Part shown: piece after piece, positions 39,950 to 53,190 of the stretch | Position numbering within the stretch: the stretch's first letter is position 1 | Layout of the letters: each line of letters starts with the position of its first letter | The notes under the pieces: generated by a model | Seen by the model: the letters and a program-made list of their open reading frames with translations, nothing else | What the model was told of the DNA's origin: nothing | The model's database searches: none | Position numbers and translations under genes: made by a program | NCBI GenBank assembly: GCA_976551045.1 | Contig: CDPCPM010000387.1 | Coordinates: forward strand, 620,001-684,000 | Length of the DNA: 64,000 nt | Source: Glaucostegus cemiculus | Taxonomy: Eukaryota | Direction: 5' to 3'

Positions 39950-40200
39950 TAGTTCTGGGTTAGAGGTTTGTGGATTCAGGTCCCTCTTCCAATACTAAAA
40001 GCACTAAAATCAAGCCTGATGCCACATTGGACATAATCAATCCCCATACTTTGATAATGAGCTGAGGAATTATCTCTGGTGTCATGGTTAATATTTATCC
40101 CTCAATCAACTTCAGTAGAACAGATTATTACATTGTTGTTTGTGGGAGATTATGATTTTCAAAAATGGGTAAAAAAGTACTTGGGATGGCCTGAGATTGT
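39950..40200 (+). mobile_element. Deu-domain SINE fragment
   Basis: ggtttgtggattcaggtccc (B-box remnant), then aatatttatccctcaatcaac, identical to the 36817 copy. Confidence 0.65.
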
Positions 40201-42722
40201 TTACAACTTTTTCTCAGTCTGATCGATTAAGGTTACTTGTCTGTTCACACAAGTCTTGTCTGTTCAGGGCGCCATGCTTTTCTTTGGATTGTTGATTGCT
40301 GGGCACTTACTGCGCAGAATGAAAGGCCATGGGCAAATAGAAATCCAATGGTTTATGATGTTCATTTCCCACTCTGCAAAATCTAACCCAGTACCTTGCA
40401 TAGTTTGGTTTGTTTTGCATCAGAATTAGAGTTCAGTGTTCTTTTGCATATGTTTTTAATTCTTATCGATAAAATAAAAGTCTTGTACAATGACTTGTGA
40501 TACTTTTTCTGTCTGAAGAAAAGTGTAATCTTTACTTGTTTCATTGCTTGACGCTATTTTTCTTATACTACTGACAATGAAACTGTTGCAGTCATTCACA
40601 TAAATAAATTTTTAAAACCCTAGATTTGCAATTATGCTTTGTTTCCTTAGTTGGCTCCCTGACAACAGCTGTCTCTAGGTTCCCTTAATATTTTTGCTGG
40701 TGTTTTGTTTTGAATTGGTATGTTCCTCCCTACAGATCATTAGATGGAGGTTGCTCGACTTTTGTATTTCTTCCACTTACTGTTTCCATTCACACTCATG
40801 ACGAGAAAATAATCTTTGCATACAAATGAATCAAGATCATAATCAATACATTTGCTAAATTATTAGATGAAGTGAATCCTGGTGTAATACCAGTTCATTC
40901 AATGGGGATACCAGAGGATTTTTCAGTATCACTTGTAGAATTGATATGTATATGGCAAAACAGAAGATGTAATGAGCTGTTCACTGATTAAGAAATATTT
41001 GTAACACTTCAGCAGGTCAACAAATGTTATCTCCCTCTCATAAAATCCTCATGTATGTATGTTTTCCCTTGTATGTGTGAATAATGTGTTAGTGTTACCT
41101 ATTACACTGTTCATTTTGTTTGTACGTTTGTGCCTTAAACACTGAGTGAGGTTTTAAGGTATACAGCATAATATTGACTGTACTATGACACAAAATAAAA
41201 GGATTTTGTAATAGAAGGGTTTTAACAGATGGATGTTATTTATTTTCTCTGCATGTACTCTTTGTATTTTATCTGGCTGTGTAGTGATTATGTTACACAA
41301 ATGGTGTACAAAAGAGATAAGTGACAAATCATATTCTAGGATTTGAATGTTCAGTTGCAATAAAACAAAATACATTATATTTTGTATTTGTTATAGATGA
41401 TGGTAATCTAATATTTTAATTTTAGGTTTTTAAATCTCAGAGCATTAGTTGAATCTGCTTGTGTTGGTATAAATTGTTAATGTACATGTGTATTAAGAAT
41501 TTATAATAATTTGGGGACCTGCAGCAAAAAGCATTATATGTAGTTGCATTGAGATGTGTTTTCTGTAGATTATATTTGTATAAAGTTGTTTTACTTTGGT
41601 GAAGCAGTTTTAAAATAGATTTAGTCTCATAGCATATGTCACCATAGCAAAAGGAGTGGTTGTCTTCCTTGAAGGATTGCTTTGAAGGAATAATGGTCTT
41701 CATAGAATTAATGAGGTTGTTTCACCATCTGAAAAGTTTTAACACTTTCCACACTATTTAATAATGTTAAACTGTTATTTTCAATTGGTTAGATAATTTA
41801 ACTTCTTTAAACCTTCTCTAAACTGTAAAGTTGTGCAATGTCAAACAAACTTTGGCTTTCAGAATGGCTAAGAACTTCAAGATATGTTTCTGGGTTGGAA
41901 TGGTTTCAGAGTTTCAACAGTAAATACATTATTATCGAAAAAAAGAAAATAACAATTTGTTCTGCCAATACAGGCTTATGTTTACCTATCAGAAATGCAG
42001 TAATCAATGGCACCCAGTGGTATTTATGCAAAGTGTGAGGGTAACTTAAGGTGTCTTAGAAGATACATAGTTAAACTCAAATATCCATAAGTTGCCCGAG
42101 TTGCTTTGTGGAAATGGCATCTTGCTTTCTGACTTATCATTGGCATGCATCGAATGGCATGAAGTTGATGTAATTTCCCAGTAGGTATTCACTAAACTCA
42201 TACAGCAAGTTAATTATGGTCCCTTCTAGGCTAAGTACTCTTTTAGTGACATAATTAATGTTAATTACTGCTAACCAACTTCACTGGCACTAAATATTAA
42301 TGATTCCCAGTTCAGAGTCTAAATTTGTAGATTTAAAAAATATGATTTTAATGTTTTATAAATCCTTTCCATTTCTCACCCTTAATCCATTCTCTCTCTT
42401 TCTCTTCATTTCTTTTAAATCCAATTTGAAATTGAATTAATTCACTATGTTATAACTTCTTCTTAGTCCTTACACGGTTCTTTGCATAATCTTTCAGCTT
42501 GATTGATCCTAAATGCTGTTTCCCTCGCTGCAACATTGTCAGCTTATGTTTTCAGTAAGAGAAATTTAAAACCAAATCAGCAAGACTTAGTTTAATTAAT
42601 AGTAGACTGGATTGATTCCCTCCTACAGCAAAATATGATCCAGTATGATTGTGATTAGATATAAGAAAAAAGAAGTTAAACTTTCAGGTTCTGAACATTT
42701 TTTTTCTTTTTCCTCATCCTAG

Positions 42723-44905
42723 CTCAAGAAGGACAGACTCCTGTCCCAGTTGTCATGGATGACACAAGTGAGCAGGAGATGGATTCAGCTGATGAGTCGA
42801 TGTCCAATGAGATGCTGGCTACAACAGATGAAATATCGAAAATATCGACTGGTACAGGCCGGAGGATCAGACGCTTCAAGCATGAGTGGCTGAAAAAGTT
42901 CTGGTTCCTGCGCTATTCACCCACCCTAAATGAAATGTGGTGCCATGTTTGTAGGCAGTACACTGTTCAGTCCTCCAGGACATCAGCCTTCATCTTAGGT
43001 TCTAAGCAGTTCAAAATCCACACTATCAAACTTCATGCCCAGAGTAATCTTCATAAGAAGTGTTTGCAGCTTTATAAGCTGAGGATGCATCCAGAAAAAA
43101 CAGAAGAGATGTGCCGGAACATGACACTGTTGTTTAACGTAGCTTATCACATAGCTTTTGAAGGAAGGCATTTTTCAGATTTCAGACCATTGGCTGAACT
43201 GCTGAAAAAATGTGACTTAAAGATTGTTGACCAATACTTGAACGAGGGAGACTGTCAAACATTAATTCATCACATTGCAATGTCTCTTCGTGAGGACCTC
43301 TTTGAGAGGCTCAGGGTGTCCCCATTTATGAGTGTGATTTTGGATGGGCAAACGGATGACTTGGTTGCTGATAATGTTGCTATCTACATTCAGTACATAA
43401 CTAATGAAGGGCCAGCTGCTACAGAGTTATTGTGCCTACAGGAATTGAGCTCTGCAACAGTGGATGGTTATACTCAGGCACTGGACAGAGCCCTTGGGGG
43501 CATAGGGATCAAATGGAAAGAGGAAAAGTTAATTGTCGGGCTGGGGGTGGATGGAGCCAATATGACAACAGGACTAAGGGCAGGTTTAGCCATGAAGATC
43601 AAAAAAGCTTTGCCTTGGCTACTCTCTGTCCCATGTGTGATACATAGGCCTCACCTGGAAGTATTGGATGCTATTAGTAATAAGGAACTAACCTGTTTGG
43701 AAGAACTAGAGAATAACTTAAAACAATTGCTGAGTTTTTATCGTTATTCCCCCAAACTTATGTGTGAACTAAGAGCCACTGCAGCAACACTCTGCGAGGA
43801 GACAGAATTCCTTGGTGACATTCGAGCTGTCAGGTGGATCATTGGAGAACAGAATGTCTTGAATGCATTGATCAAGGATTACTTGGAAGTGATAGCTCAT
43901 CTTAAAGATGTTAGTGGTCAGGCCCACAAAGCAGATTCTGCTGCCATTGCTTTGGCTCTGCTGCAATTCCTGATGGACTATCAGTCAGTTAAACTTATCT
44001 ATTTTCTGTTAGATGTCATTGCTGTACTCACGCGGCTGGCATTCATTTTCCAGGGTGATCACCTTCTGATTACCCATGCGGATGACAAGATTGAAGAAGC
44101 CATTGAAGAAATAAGTAGATTGGTGGAATCGCCAGGAGAGTATTTACAAGAGTTTGAGGAGACCTTTCATGAAAACTTTCATGGTGTTCCTCTGAAAAAC
44201 TTAAGAGTAGCAGAAGCCAAGTTTAATTCAATAAGAGAGAAAATTTGCCAAAAAACTCAACTCATTCTAGCTCAAAGGCTGGATTGCAATAGCCGCACAA
44301 TTATTAGAGCATGTCAAGTGTTTGATGTTGCTACATGGCCCCAAAATGAGGAAAACCTGATGAGTCATGGGGAAGAAGAAATTATGCACATATATAAGCA
44401 CTTTGAAATAATTCCATCTTTTACAAAGGAAATCGGACTGGATGGCAGAGACATTCGGGGTAGTTTATTGCAGGAATGGAGAGAGCTCAAGTCTGAGTGT
44501 TACAACAAGAATGGTTTCAAGGAGTTGAGCCGTCACATTTTTAAGTATAAACAAAGATTCCCTATACTAAATAGGATCATTCAAATATTGCTTGTTCTGC
44601 CAACTTCAACAGCAGCCTGTGAGAAGAGTCGTGGTGCCTTTTACCGGATTCGTAACAATAACAGGTCTCGACTTAGTCTTGACCAACTCAATGATCTTCT
44701 GACTATTGCTGTTAATGGACCATCCATTGCAAATTTTGAGGCAAAGAGGGCACTGGACTGTTGGTTTGAGGAGAAGTCAGGAAACAGATATTCTTTGTCG
44801 CCAGAGATGTTAAGCAGAGTTACTTCACTGGATCAGAAACCAACATTACATGGCCTAGACGTGGGAACTGATTGTCTAACGGATATTCATGAAACCATAA
44901 TGTAA
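42723..44905 (+). CDS. PRDM11: PRDM11 terminal exon of the long isoform: TTF-type zinc finger plus domesticated hAT transposase-like (ZNF862-like) domain
   Basis: Strong acceptor tttttttctttttcctcatcctAG|ct at 42721-42722; phase 1 matches the 3307 donor (A-QEGQTPVPVV-MDD…). The 716-aa uninterrupted ORF is near-identical in long stretches to recalled vertebrate PRDM11 (EWLKKFWFLRYSPTLNEMWCHVCRQYTVQSSRTSAF; LEELENNLKQLLSFYRYSP; WFEEKSGN). Stop TAA at 44903-44905. Confidence 0.96.
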
Positions 44906-47560
44906 ATGATTGGTGCTTTTAAATAGCTTATATATTACATTCTCAATTTAATGGGAATAACCCAAAATACTTGGTACTTTATGAAAATGACAATTTGTGA
45001 CATGCAGGTACAGATACCAGACCAGCAAAGTCAATGGAATTTTGGTAATATTTCACCAGTAAGCCATTGCTGCACCAACCTATAGGATCCAACTTCTAGA
45101 TTTATTGTCACCTTTCGAAAATCAAATATTGAAAGTTCAAATAATCTGAGTGAAATGGTCTGCTAAAATTTTGGTACTGTTTTGTCACCAAAAATATTGA
45201 CTGCAGTTTGCTTTTAGTAATGCAAACATTAGATAATAAGCAAAGTCCTTCTAATTTTTCTTTGAAAACTGTGGTTATTTATGCTGCCTAAGATTGATAC
45301 AGGGGTTGCCTTGTTCAGTCTTTAACTAACCTCTTATTTACATAAACAATAAATAAGCATTAACAATTAGTGACTCATGGGACAGGGGAGGGGAAGGGAA
45401 GGAAACTAGTTATTTGTGGGGTTATAAGAGATATAAAATGCATAGCCGAAGGGATTCAAAAGTATATGTATTTACATTATTTTTATAGATGATGATTATT
45501 GATAATAGATGGTCACGCTTTTTGTCAAGTGAGCATGTCTTAAGAAAACACCAGGAAATGAACAAGTATATCAAGGGGATATATTTTCCTGTCTCATTTC
45601 TTTATTACTGTGGGAGGACACACACATTATCAGGCACTGTATTAGCTGACCATGCTCAACTCTGTTCAGTAAACTAAGCTAGACTATAAAACTATTGATA
45701 GGTGTGCTTATATTGGACTGGTGATAGAAATTATTTTCATGTTCGAGATAACTGACAGACTTAACCCAGTTGTAACTGGATGAAGGTCTGTGCTTGAAAC
45801 TGTCCTGAAATTAGATGATAGTGAGATTATTTTGATAATTTCAATTGGAAAGGAAAGTCATTTTAAGAGTGGTAAAGTCACATAGCAATATGATGTATTG
45901 CGAGATTAGTATTTAAACATTATCTTTCATAGCATTTGTTGAAAAGCATAACTTACTTATAATGCCAGATGCTGTCACTGGCTGTAAAGCACTTTTATTA
46001 CATACTTTGACATGTATAAATGCCACAAAAATCACACTGCATTTTGTTTGACAGTTTTTAGTCATGCCTTATGCCTGTGGTTTTTACTCAGAATACAGTT
46101 CTGCACAAAACTTTATTATTGTTGTTAAATCAACAAGTTCACATGTTTAAGCTAATTTTTCTTCAGAAATCTCCAAATGTGAGAATGAAATTTTAGTTGT
46201 ACAGCAGGTATGAATTTTGAGAGTTTAAAATAGAAATCTTAGAAGAACAAGATAAGAGATACTTTATTAATGTAATAATTCTGCATTAAATTAACTTTAC
46301 CAGTAGAAGTATGATTCCTGTCTCCAGGTGCCATTGGCAATGGCCAGTACCCTTTACCAATTAAATATGAAAGCCTGCTATTTCCAGGTGCCCTCAATGT
46401 AATAGTTACCAAATGAAATGAGGCTCATGTTTTTGCATAACCACAACAAGCCTTTGCCAATTTAAATGCTGAACAGGCATTGCTAGTACCTTTAACTAAG
46501 GTAGGATGTTCATTTTTTTTGGAATATCGTGTGAATCTTGATATTATGGTGAGCACTGTTATTGTACAACCATAGATTCAAATTATCCTATCTTATTTTA
46601 AGAAGGCAACTTAATTCTCTCAGTCTTTGCAACTCAAGTGACAAAGATGTATGAAAATCATGCAGTTGACTGTTCTGTCACTTTACTGAGTAATTTGCTG
46701 AATACATATGAATTTAATCCTTTATATATCCATTGCATGGAGCAAATTTAGAATGCAGGAAAGCTTTCCCTGAGAATGGATACAAAATGATAGGGCCTTT
46801 AATGTATTAGAATGTGACAGGCAGTTTGAATATGGCTTAAACATCAAAGAGTGGATGAGTGATTAAATTTGTATTGTATAGCCTTGCTAAGTACTAATTT
46901 TTGGCAGTCTATAGTGCAGATATCCTAGATAAGAATTAAGAAACTGCATTTTTTAAAAACTGATTGCATTATAGTGAATTCATAACTCTGACTATATACA
47001 TAAAGTTTAGAATATTGTGAAAATGTTAGTACATTCTTATAGAGTTGAGCATGTTACTATTGGTTCTAAATATTAAGATTGAAGCTGATTTTGCTAGCAG
47101 ATCCATTTCTGTAATATACCCCACTCATAAACTATATTTTCAAAATGACTTGTTTAGTTACTAACATTAGGTAATATGCTTACTTATGACCTAAGCTGCT
47201 GATTGTCTTAAATGTAATAAGTTACAAGGGATAGAAATTTACAAAAGCCAGGAATCCTCCAGCAATTAAAATGTTTTTGGTTTCTAAACTTAAACTATTT
47301 GTGCAGTTTGTGGTTTAATCAGAATCAGAGTTATTAGTGGACATATTTCTAATATCTGCAAATGTGGAACAAAAAAGATGTGTTTAGTCAGCATAATTAA
47401 TCCCCAGTTTTAATATGGTTTGTATATTTTTAAATGCATATATATTTTTGTAACTAAGTGTAAAGCTGTTATATTTTAAGTTACTAAATATACTTGTTCA
47501 AAATTGCTTGCTGCAATTTTAGGTTAACAAATGCAATGAACTAACTGATTAATAAATTAG
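44906..47560 (+). other. PRDM11: Probable long 3' UTR of the PRDM11 long isoform, with AATAAA at 45348-45353 and 47551-47556
   Basis: AT-rich and nearly free of recognisable LINE fragments, unlike the flanking intronic and intergenic DNA; contains AATAAA hexamers. The true end is not determinable. Confidence 0.45.
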
Positions 47561-50500
47561 TTAAATAATTTTTATGCAGAACTGTTGAACTGAGAGTATA
47601 GCTATTACAGTTTAAAAGAATCAAAATGGTCACCATGGCCACGTTAGGATTTAAGTGATACACTAGGGGCCAGAGATTAATTGGAGAGGAGGACAATGAT
47701 GTAAGTACATAAATAGGGCTAAATTAAGGCTACCATGAATGCAATAATCTGATCAGACACAATTATATGGGTGCCTGGAGTTAGCTATCTTTCCAGATTT
47801 GCCTTTTTATTGTTCATATGATATGTGTGAATCATTTTGCATACAAAAATTGAACTATGTGGAGACAGTAGGAAAAAATATCAAGTATTGAAGGGTCTCT
47901 TGGCAAGTTCAAATCACATTTCAGTTACCGTTCATATAGTTTGTATCATTGACCTCTGTTGTCCAAAGCAACATAAGGAGAGAATGGCCTTACCAAACAG
48001 AACTTTGTATTAAAATTTCATTTGGATGTTGCCATTCACCTGGAGACAAAAGCCACATGAATGACATACATTGTATTATGCAATATGATTGGTGATGGTG
48101 TCACTCAAGGTGCTGAAGACAAATTACTGTATATTTACTACTGGGCTACATATATGATTTCTCCTTTTTGTTTGGTTAATAATGTAGATTTTTTAAGCAC
48201 GATGTAGCATATATTCATATTGTGTTTCCTTCAACAGAACCCATTTCATTGTACTTGCAAGTGAATTTTTAATCACAAATTATGTACCTTTTTTGCAAAC
48301 GTATTTCTTTCTATCTCTTTGTTGATTAATTTTAATTTTACATTTCTTCCCCAATACCATTAACTTTCTTGTTAACTACCAAACCTCTAGGATCACTATC
48401 AGCAAGCTGTCAAGGACAACATTTGCTGACTTTCTTTAAAGATATTGTCCATTTGATGAAGCTCTTTTTGCTTCATCCTGATCTCCTCCTTGATAAGAAT
48501 ATGTATGGAAGAACTGTGGATTCAAATCCTTCCTCTCAGTTCATATTTGGTTTGGTAGACAGATGCATTGCAAATCTGTGTCCTATGGAATTATTTTTGC
48601 CAATACATCGTAACAGTCAAAAGAAGAAAGTAATCATACAACATAAAGTAAATCTGAGTCATTGTTTGAAGGTTCCTTAGTAACAGTCAAATTCAGATTT
48701 TCTGTTAAAGCACTTACCAATTAGCCCCTATACTTTAATATGATTTGAAGTAGTTTGTTTGAAAAACAAGAAACTTTTGAACAGTTCATGCACCATTTGG
48801 CTTCATTTGAAAGGTAAATATGTTTAGTTTGATTTTTTTTAATGATAGAGTAAGAAGGATTCTGTTTGTAGTTTTGTTCCCAGCTGGTCCTTGTTTACCT
48901 TTGTCATCTATTTCTGAGTAATCTATTTGTCACTTACCTTTGTCATATATTTCCTACAGAGTGTTAGAGGGTTTCCATATAAAGGAAGTGCAGCCGGGGC
49001 TTCAGCATTGTGGGTCCTTCAGGTCCAAAGGATTTATTTTCTTAAGGTTGTATCAATACTCACGTATAGTGTTCATAAAAAGCAATTTCCATTTCGCACA
49101 GAAATGAAATTCATTATTGATCTGGAATCAATATTCAACCAGATGCCAGAGCAAGAAAGAGATAGGAGTTTTGCACTGTTTGCATATGACTATAGATTCA
49201 GTGAATTGTATGCAAATGTTGGAGTTATTGCCCCAGCCGTAGATTTCAACCCTAGCTAGTCTTAAGATAAATGTTTAACGAGCAGAGATTCTCCCTTCTC
49301 CATTCTGAACGTATGCATTTTTAACATAGAAATTAATGTCCATCCATTAATTCAGGCAGATCCCTTTGCTGGTGGGAGAATTCTAGACTTACATATAGCT
49401 ACATAATGGCAGCTGCTGGTTTCAGACTGGTAAATTCACTTTAAGACGCAACTTGCTCCTTGGTTTTTGTAAACACACTTCTACTGGTTGCAAGCTCAGT
49501 TGGTGATTATCCCAGACAGTTTCATTTTACTTGGCTTCACCTTGAATTGTCTGTTCAGCTTGGCTCACTTTAAGATGCCATTCATTGACATCACCATGTT
49601 ATGACTTAAGTGTAATAGTAGGATATGAGGGTGGAAAGAGTTAGTTTGGGAGATGTTTGTAGGATGGCACAGCTTGATGGGCCGAAGGGCCTGTTCTGTG
49701 CTGTATTGTTCTATGTTCTATGTACATGCTGGATCTGTTCATCTAAAGTCTGTGCTTATCCAAAGTAAGTTGTGAATTACTTTTGGAGTACTCTAGTTCT
49801 GAAGTAACAGCTTTTGCTGTGAATTACCTTTATGGTATTCCTGATTATATTCACCAAAGATCTTGTGACTACTCACAATGACTTCAGCAAATTTACTCTG
49901 ATGGTGATGCTGCATGCAGAATAATTGAATTGTACAGGAGAGAAGATGGTCATTTGATTCAAGATGGCTCTGCCAGCTCCTTGAACAAAATTATCAAACT
50001 AGTCCCAAACTAGTCTGCTCCCAAAACTTGGTAAATATTTCCATTTAAAATATGCAATCGATCTGTTTTGAAAATTTCTGTTGCTTCCTTTATTCTTTCA
50101 GAACTTGTGTGTAAACAAATAGGTACACAATTTCTTTATGCCATTGTCCTTTCACCTCTTCCAGTGATCCTTTTACCAATTATCTTAGATTTGTGCTCAT
50201 TGACCAACTTGTAGTTTTGCCATCACTCACTAAGAATTCTCCATAATTATTAACACCTTTATTACATTTTCCCTTAACTGTCTGCATGAAGGAAAACGTA
50301 TAACTGGTCTCTTATCTCTGGTACCATTGCTATAAATCTCCACTGCATTCTTACCAAGGACTTGACATATTTGCTCATATTTGCTGCTTAGAATTGGACA
50401 CATTATCACCCACCAAAGTGCAACATATAATTTATAATGGCTTAAGATACCTTTCTTTGTTTTTCTATCCTGTAGAATATAGGGCAGTGGCATTAATATG

Positions 50501-51404
50501 CTATTTAGCCCATTATCAAAGTGGGTCAGAAGGCATTGATAGTGCAGCAAAATTAAAATAGCCTGAGTCTAGTTTCATGAAGGTGCCTAATTACAAAAAA
50601 GTACTGATGAATCATTTTCAAAATGTACAAGCTGGTTTTATAATGTTCAAAAGTAGATTAGCTACTCAAGAGCAGTTCCTCCGAGGCATCAAGAACTTGC
50701 ATTTCTTGTTAAAATCCTTGGAAGATCTTGTTCAATTTGCACTCTTTTGTCTTACCTGATCTCTGAGAGCACAGCAACAGAGAACTTACAGTTCCATTAG
50801 TCTGAGGAATCTAGAGAGAGGAAACAGCCAAGGTTCATTTCGAATGATTTACAAGCCATGAGTGAGGGAAGAAGGAAAAAAGTAAGAGTGCATCATCAAA
50901 AATTAGACAGAAATATTCTCACCATGGATAAATTCGGAATATAAAGATTATACTCAAATGTAGATCAAATTTTTATTGATGCCATCACGTAATATATTAA
51001 GATTTTAAAATCATTTATGGTTGAAATAAGCAATGCTAATGTTCTGCAGAAAAAAAATAGAAGTGCTTAAAAATTTGATGAGTTGTTTTTCTCAGTTTGC
51101 AGTTTATTGAACTTGTACTCTTCTCCAAAGGTAGCAGACTATATTTAACAGTCCCGTTTCTTAAGTATGCTCTTCCTCCTTCCTCCACTGCACTAAGCCA
51201 TAATATTTTAGAGGTTAATTTTACTTTTCATGTTATTATAGGTTCTGTTCAAGGAAGTACAGTGTGTAGTTTTTTTTCTGAATATTCAGACTATATTTCC
51301 TGTCTAATTAAAATTGCCTGTGTAATCCATATGTTTAATAAAAACAATAACATGTCTAATGCTGATGATTTCAAATAAGTTGAAATGACTTTTCTCTAAC
51401 ATAA

Positions 51405-52580
51405 TGTGAAAACAGAAAATGTTGGAAATACCCAGTGCCTATGGAGAGAGAAACAGTCAATGTTTCACTTTGATGATCTTTCATCAGAACTAGGTAAAAT
51501 TAAAAATCAAACATGCTGTGAGCTATAGAGAAGGGGGAATGTGGAAGGAACAAAGGTGATCTTATTGATAGGGTGGAGACCAAGAAGGACTGAATGACAA
51601 AGTGGCAATGCTGCTGGCTGAGAAAGGATAATGAAGACTTATTAACTGCAGCTGATCAGTTTGGAAGATATGCAAAGAGAGGATGAATGGAAAAATGTGG
51701 AGTGAAAAAAAACTTGAACAGTATGATACAAAACACTGCAATTGTTGGAAATCTGAAATAAAAGGGAATACTGGAAATCCTCAGCAGGCAAGGTAGCAGC
51801 TGTGGAGAGACAAAAGTAGTTAACATTACACATTTATCACTTTTCATAACTAGCCAGCTCTAAAACTGGAAAGACTATTATCTGAAATTCTTAAATTCAT
51901 ATTCTGAAGATGAAATGCACTGGGTTTGATTAGAATGGTGTAAGAGGCAAAAATCGGAGAGCTCAAAGTGAGAGTAGGTTAGAGAAATAAAGTGACAAGA
52001 CAACTGGAAGCTCAGCTCATGCATATGGATTGAATAGAGGTATTCCACAAATTGGGGGTGATGTGTATGATGGTGGAATTGCATTGAAGGTTGTGGAAAT
52101 TACAGAGAATAATCCAATGAACATGGTGGTTGGTGGGGAAAGTAATGACAAGGGGAAAACTAGCCTTCCTCTGGGTAAACAGAGGGCCAGAAAATGGGAC
52201 AAATGCAACTGAGAGCCTAATCAACTATGGTAAAGAGGATATCATGTTTAAGGGTAAAGGAATACATTTCAGAGGAACTGGTGTGGAAGAAGTCATCAGA
52301 AGAGATATGGCAACTGGTGAAATTGGGACAATGAAGTGGAGTCTTTGTAGAAAGCAGGGTGAGTGCTGTTGGTGTGTAATGGATCTTGGACACTGGCCTA
52401 TCCCCTGTAAAACACCAAAAGGGAAGGGAAGAGTCAGCTGAAAGTGAGAGCCAGGTGGAAACTGGAAGTAACGGCGACAGAACTTTCTTTCCTCTAATGA
52501 TTATAATTCTAGTTTCCTGGGTGGGAAGCAGACTGGATCCAGAACTGGCAATTCTGAGAACTGAGCTATCACATTTAGGA
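51405..52580 (-). mobile_element. Decayed Penelope-like retroelement with tandem terminal repeats (51405-51495, 51750-51850)
   Basis: Minus-strand translation FPLVITFPTNHHVHWIILCNFHNLQCNSTIIHI resembles the Penelope RT-to-GIY-YIG linker (PLVLTFHP…IILRHFRHLQ). Related short terminal-repeat copies lie at 33275-33430, 34835-34925, 39030-39125 and 55780-55890. Confidence 0.65.
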
Positions 52581-52594
52581 AACAGGAGTTTCCA

Positions 52595-53190
52595 AGAAAT
52601 AGAAACAGGAATGGGTTACTTAGCCCATTAGATCTACCCTGGAAGGAATGAGATGATCCAAAGTGCAACTATGGCCATGAAATGTATTGTCTATTAGGAA
52701 TAATTGCAAGAGGCATCTCATTTCTCTACTTAGCATTAATGAACTTTTCTACTCAGCATACTTAGGAGATGATTGACTAGATTGATAGAATGAACATTTG
52801 CATGTGAGGTTTTTCATGTCATGTGAAAGGTCTTTCCTGCCATTTTATTACCTATTAGCAGTTTTTTTAAAAAAATGCATAATTCCTTAATGTTCATCAA
52901 TATTTTTACTTTCCAAGTAAGCTTTCATTGTTCTTATAAAATACCTTTTTTTCCTTCTTCAAGAGTCAATTGGACAAATGCATTACCCATTTTTAACAAT
53001 CCTTTGTGTGATGTATAAAACACCCTAAATTTGGATTGTTTTCTCTTAATTGTGGATTCCAAGTGAGGTCTGTCCAGTGCTTTGTACAACAGTATAAAAT
53101 GTCCTTAATTATTCTCCCCTTCGTGATGAGCTCTAACACCCTTTAAGATACCTTATGCCCTCATGACTATCTTTTGACGTTACTTGTATA
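52595..53190 (-). mobile_element. Decayed CR1 fragment
   Basis: aagaaatagaaacaggaatggg…agccc; ccctaaatttgg…attccaagtgaggtctgtccagtgctttgtaca is the reverse complement of LYKALDRPHLE. Confidence 0.55.

Noticed and set aside
42755-44905. Autonomous active hAT transposon or standalone intronless gene
   Set aside because: No terminal inverted repeats or 8-bp TSD seen; a strong in-phase splice acceptor lies at 42722; very high similarity to the conserved PRDM11 last exon.
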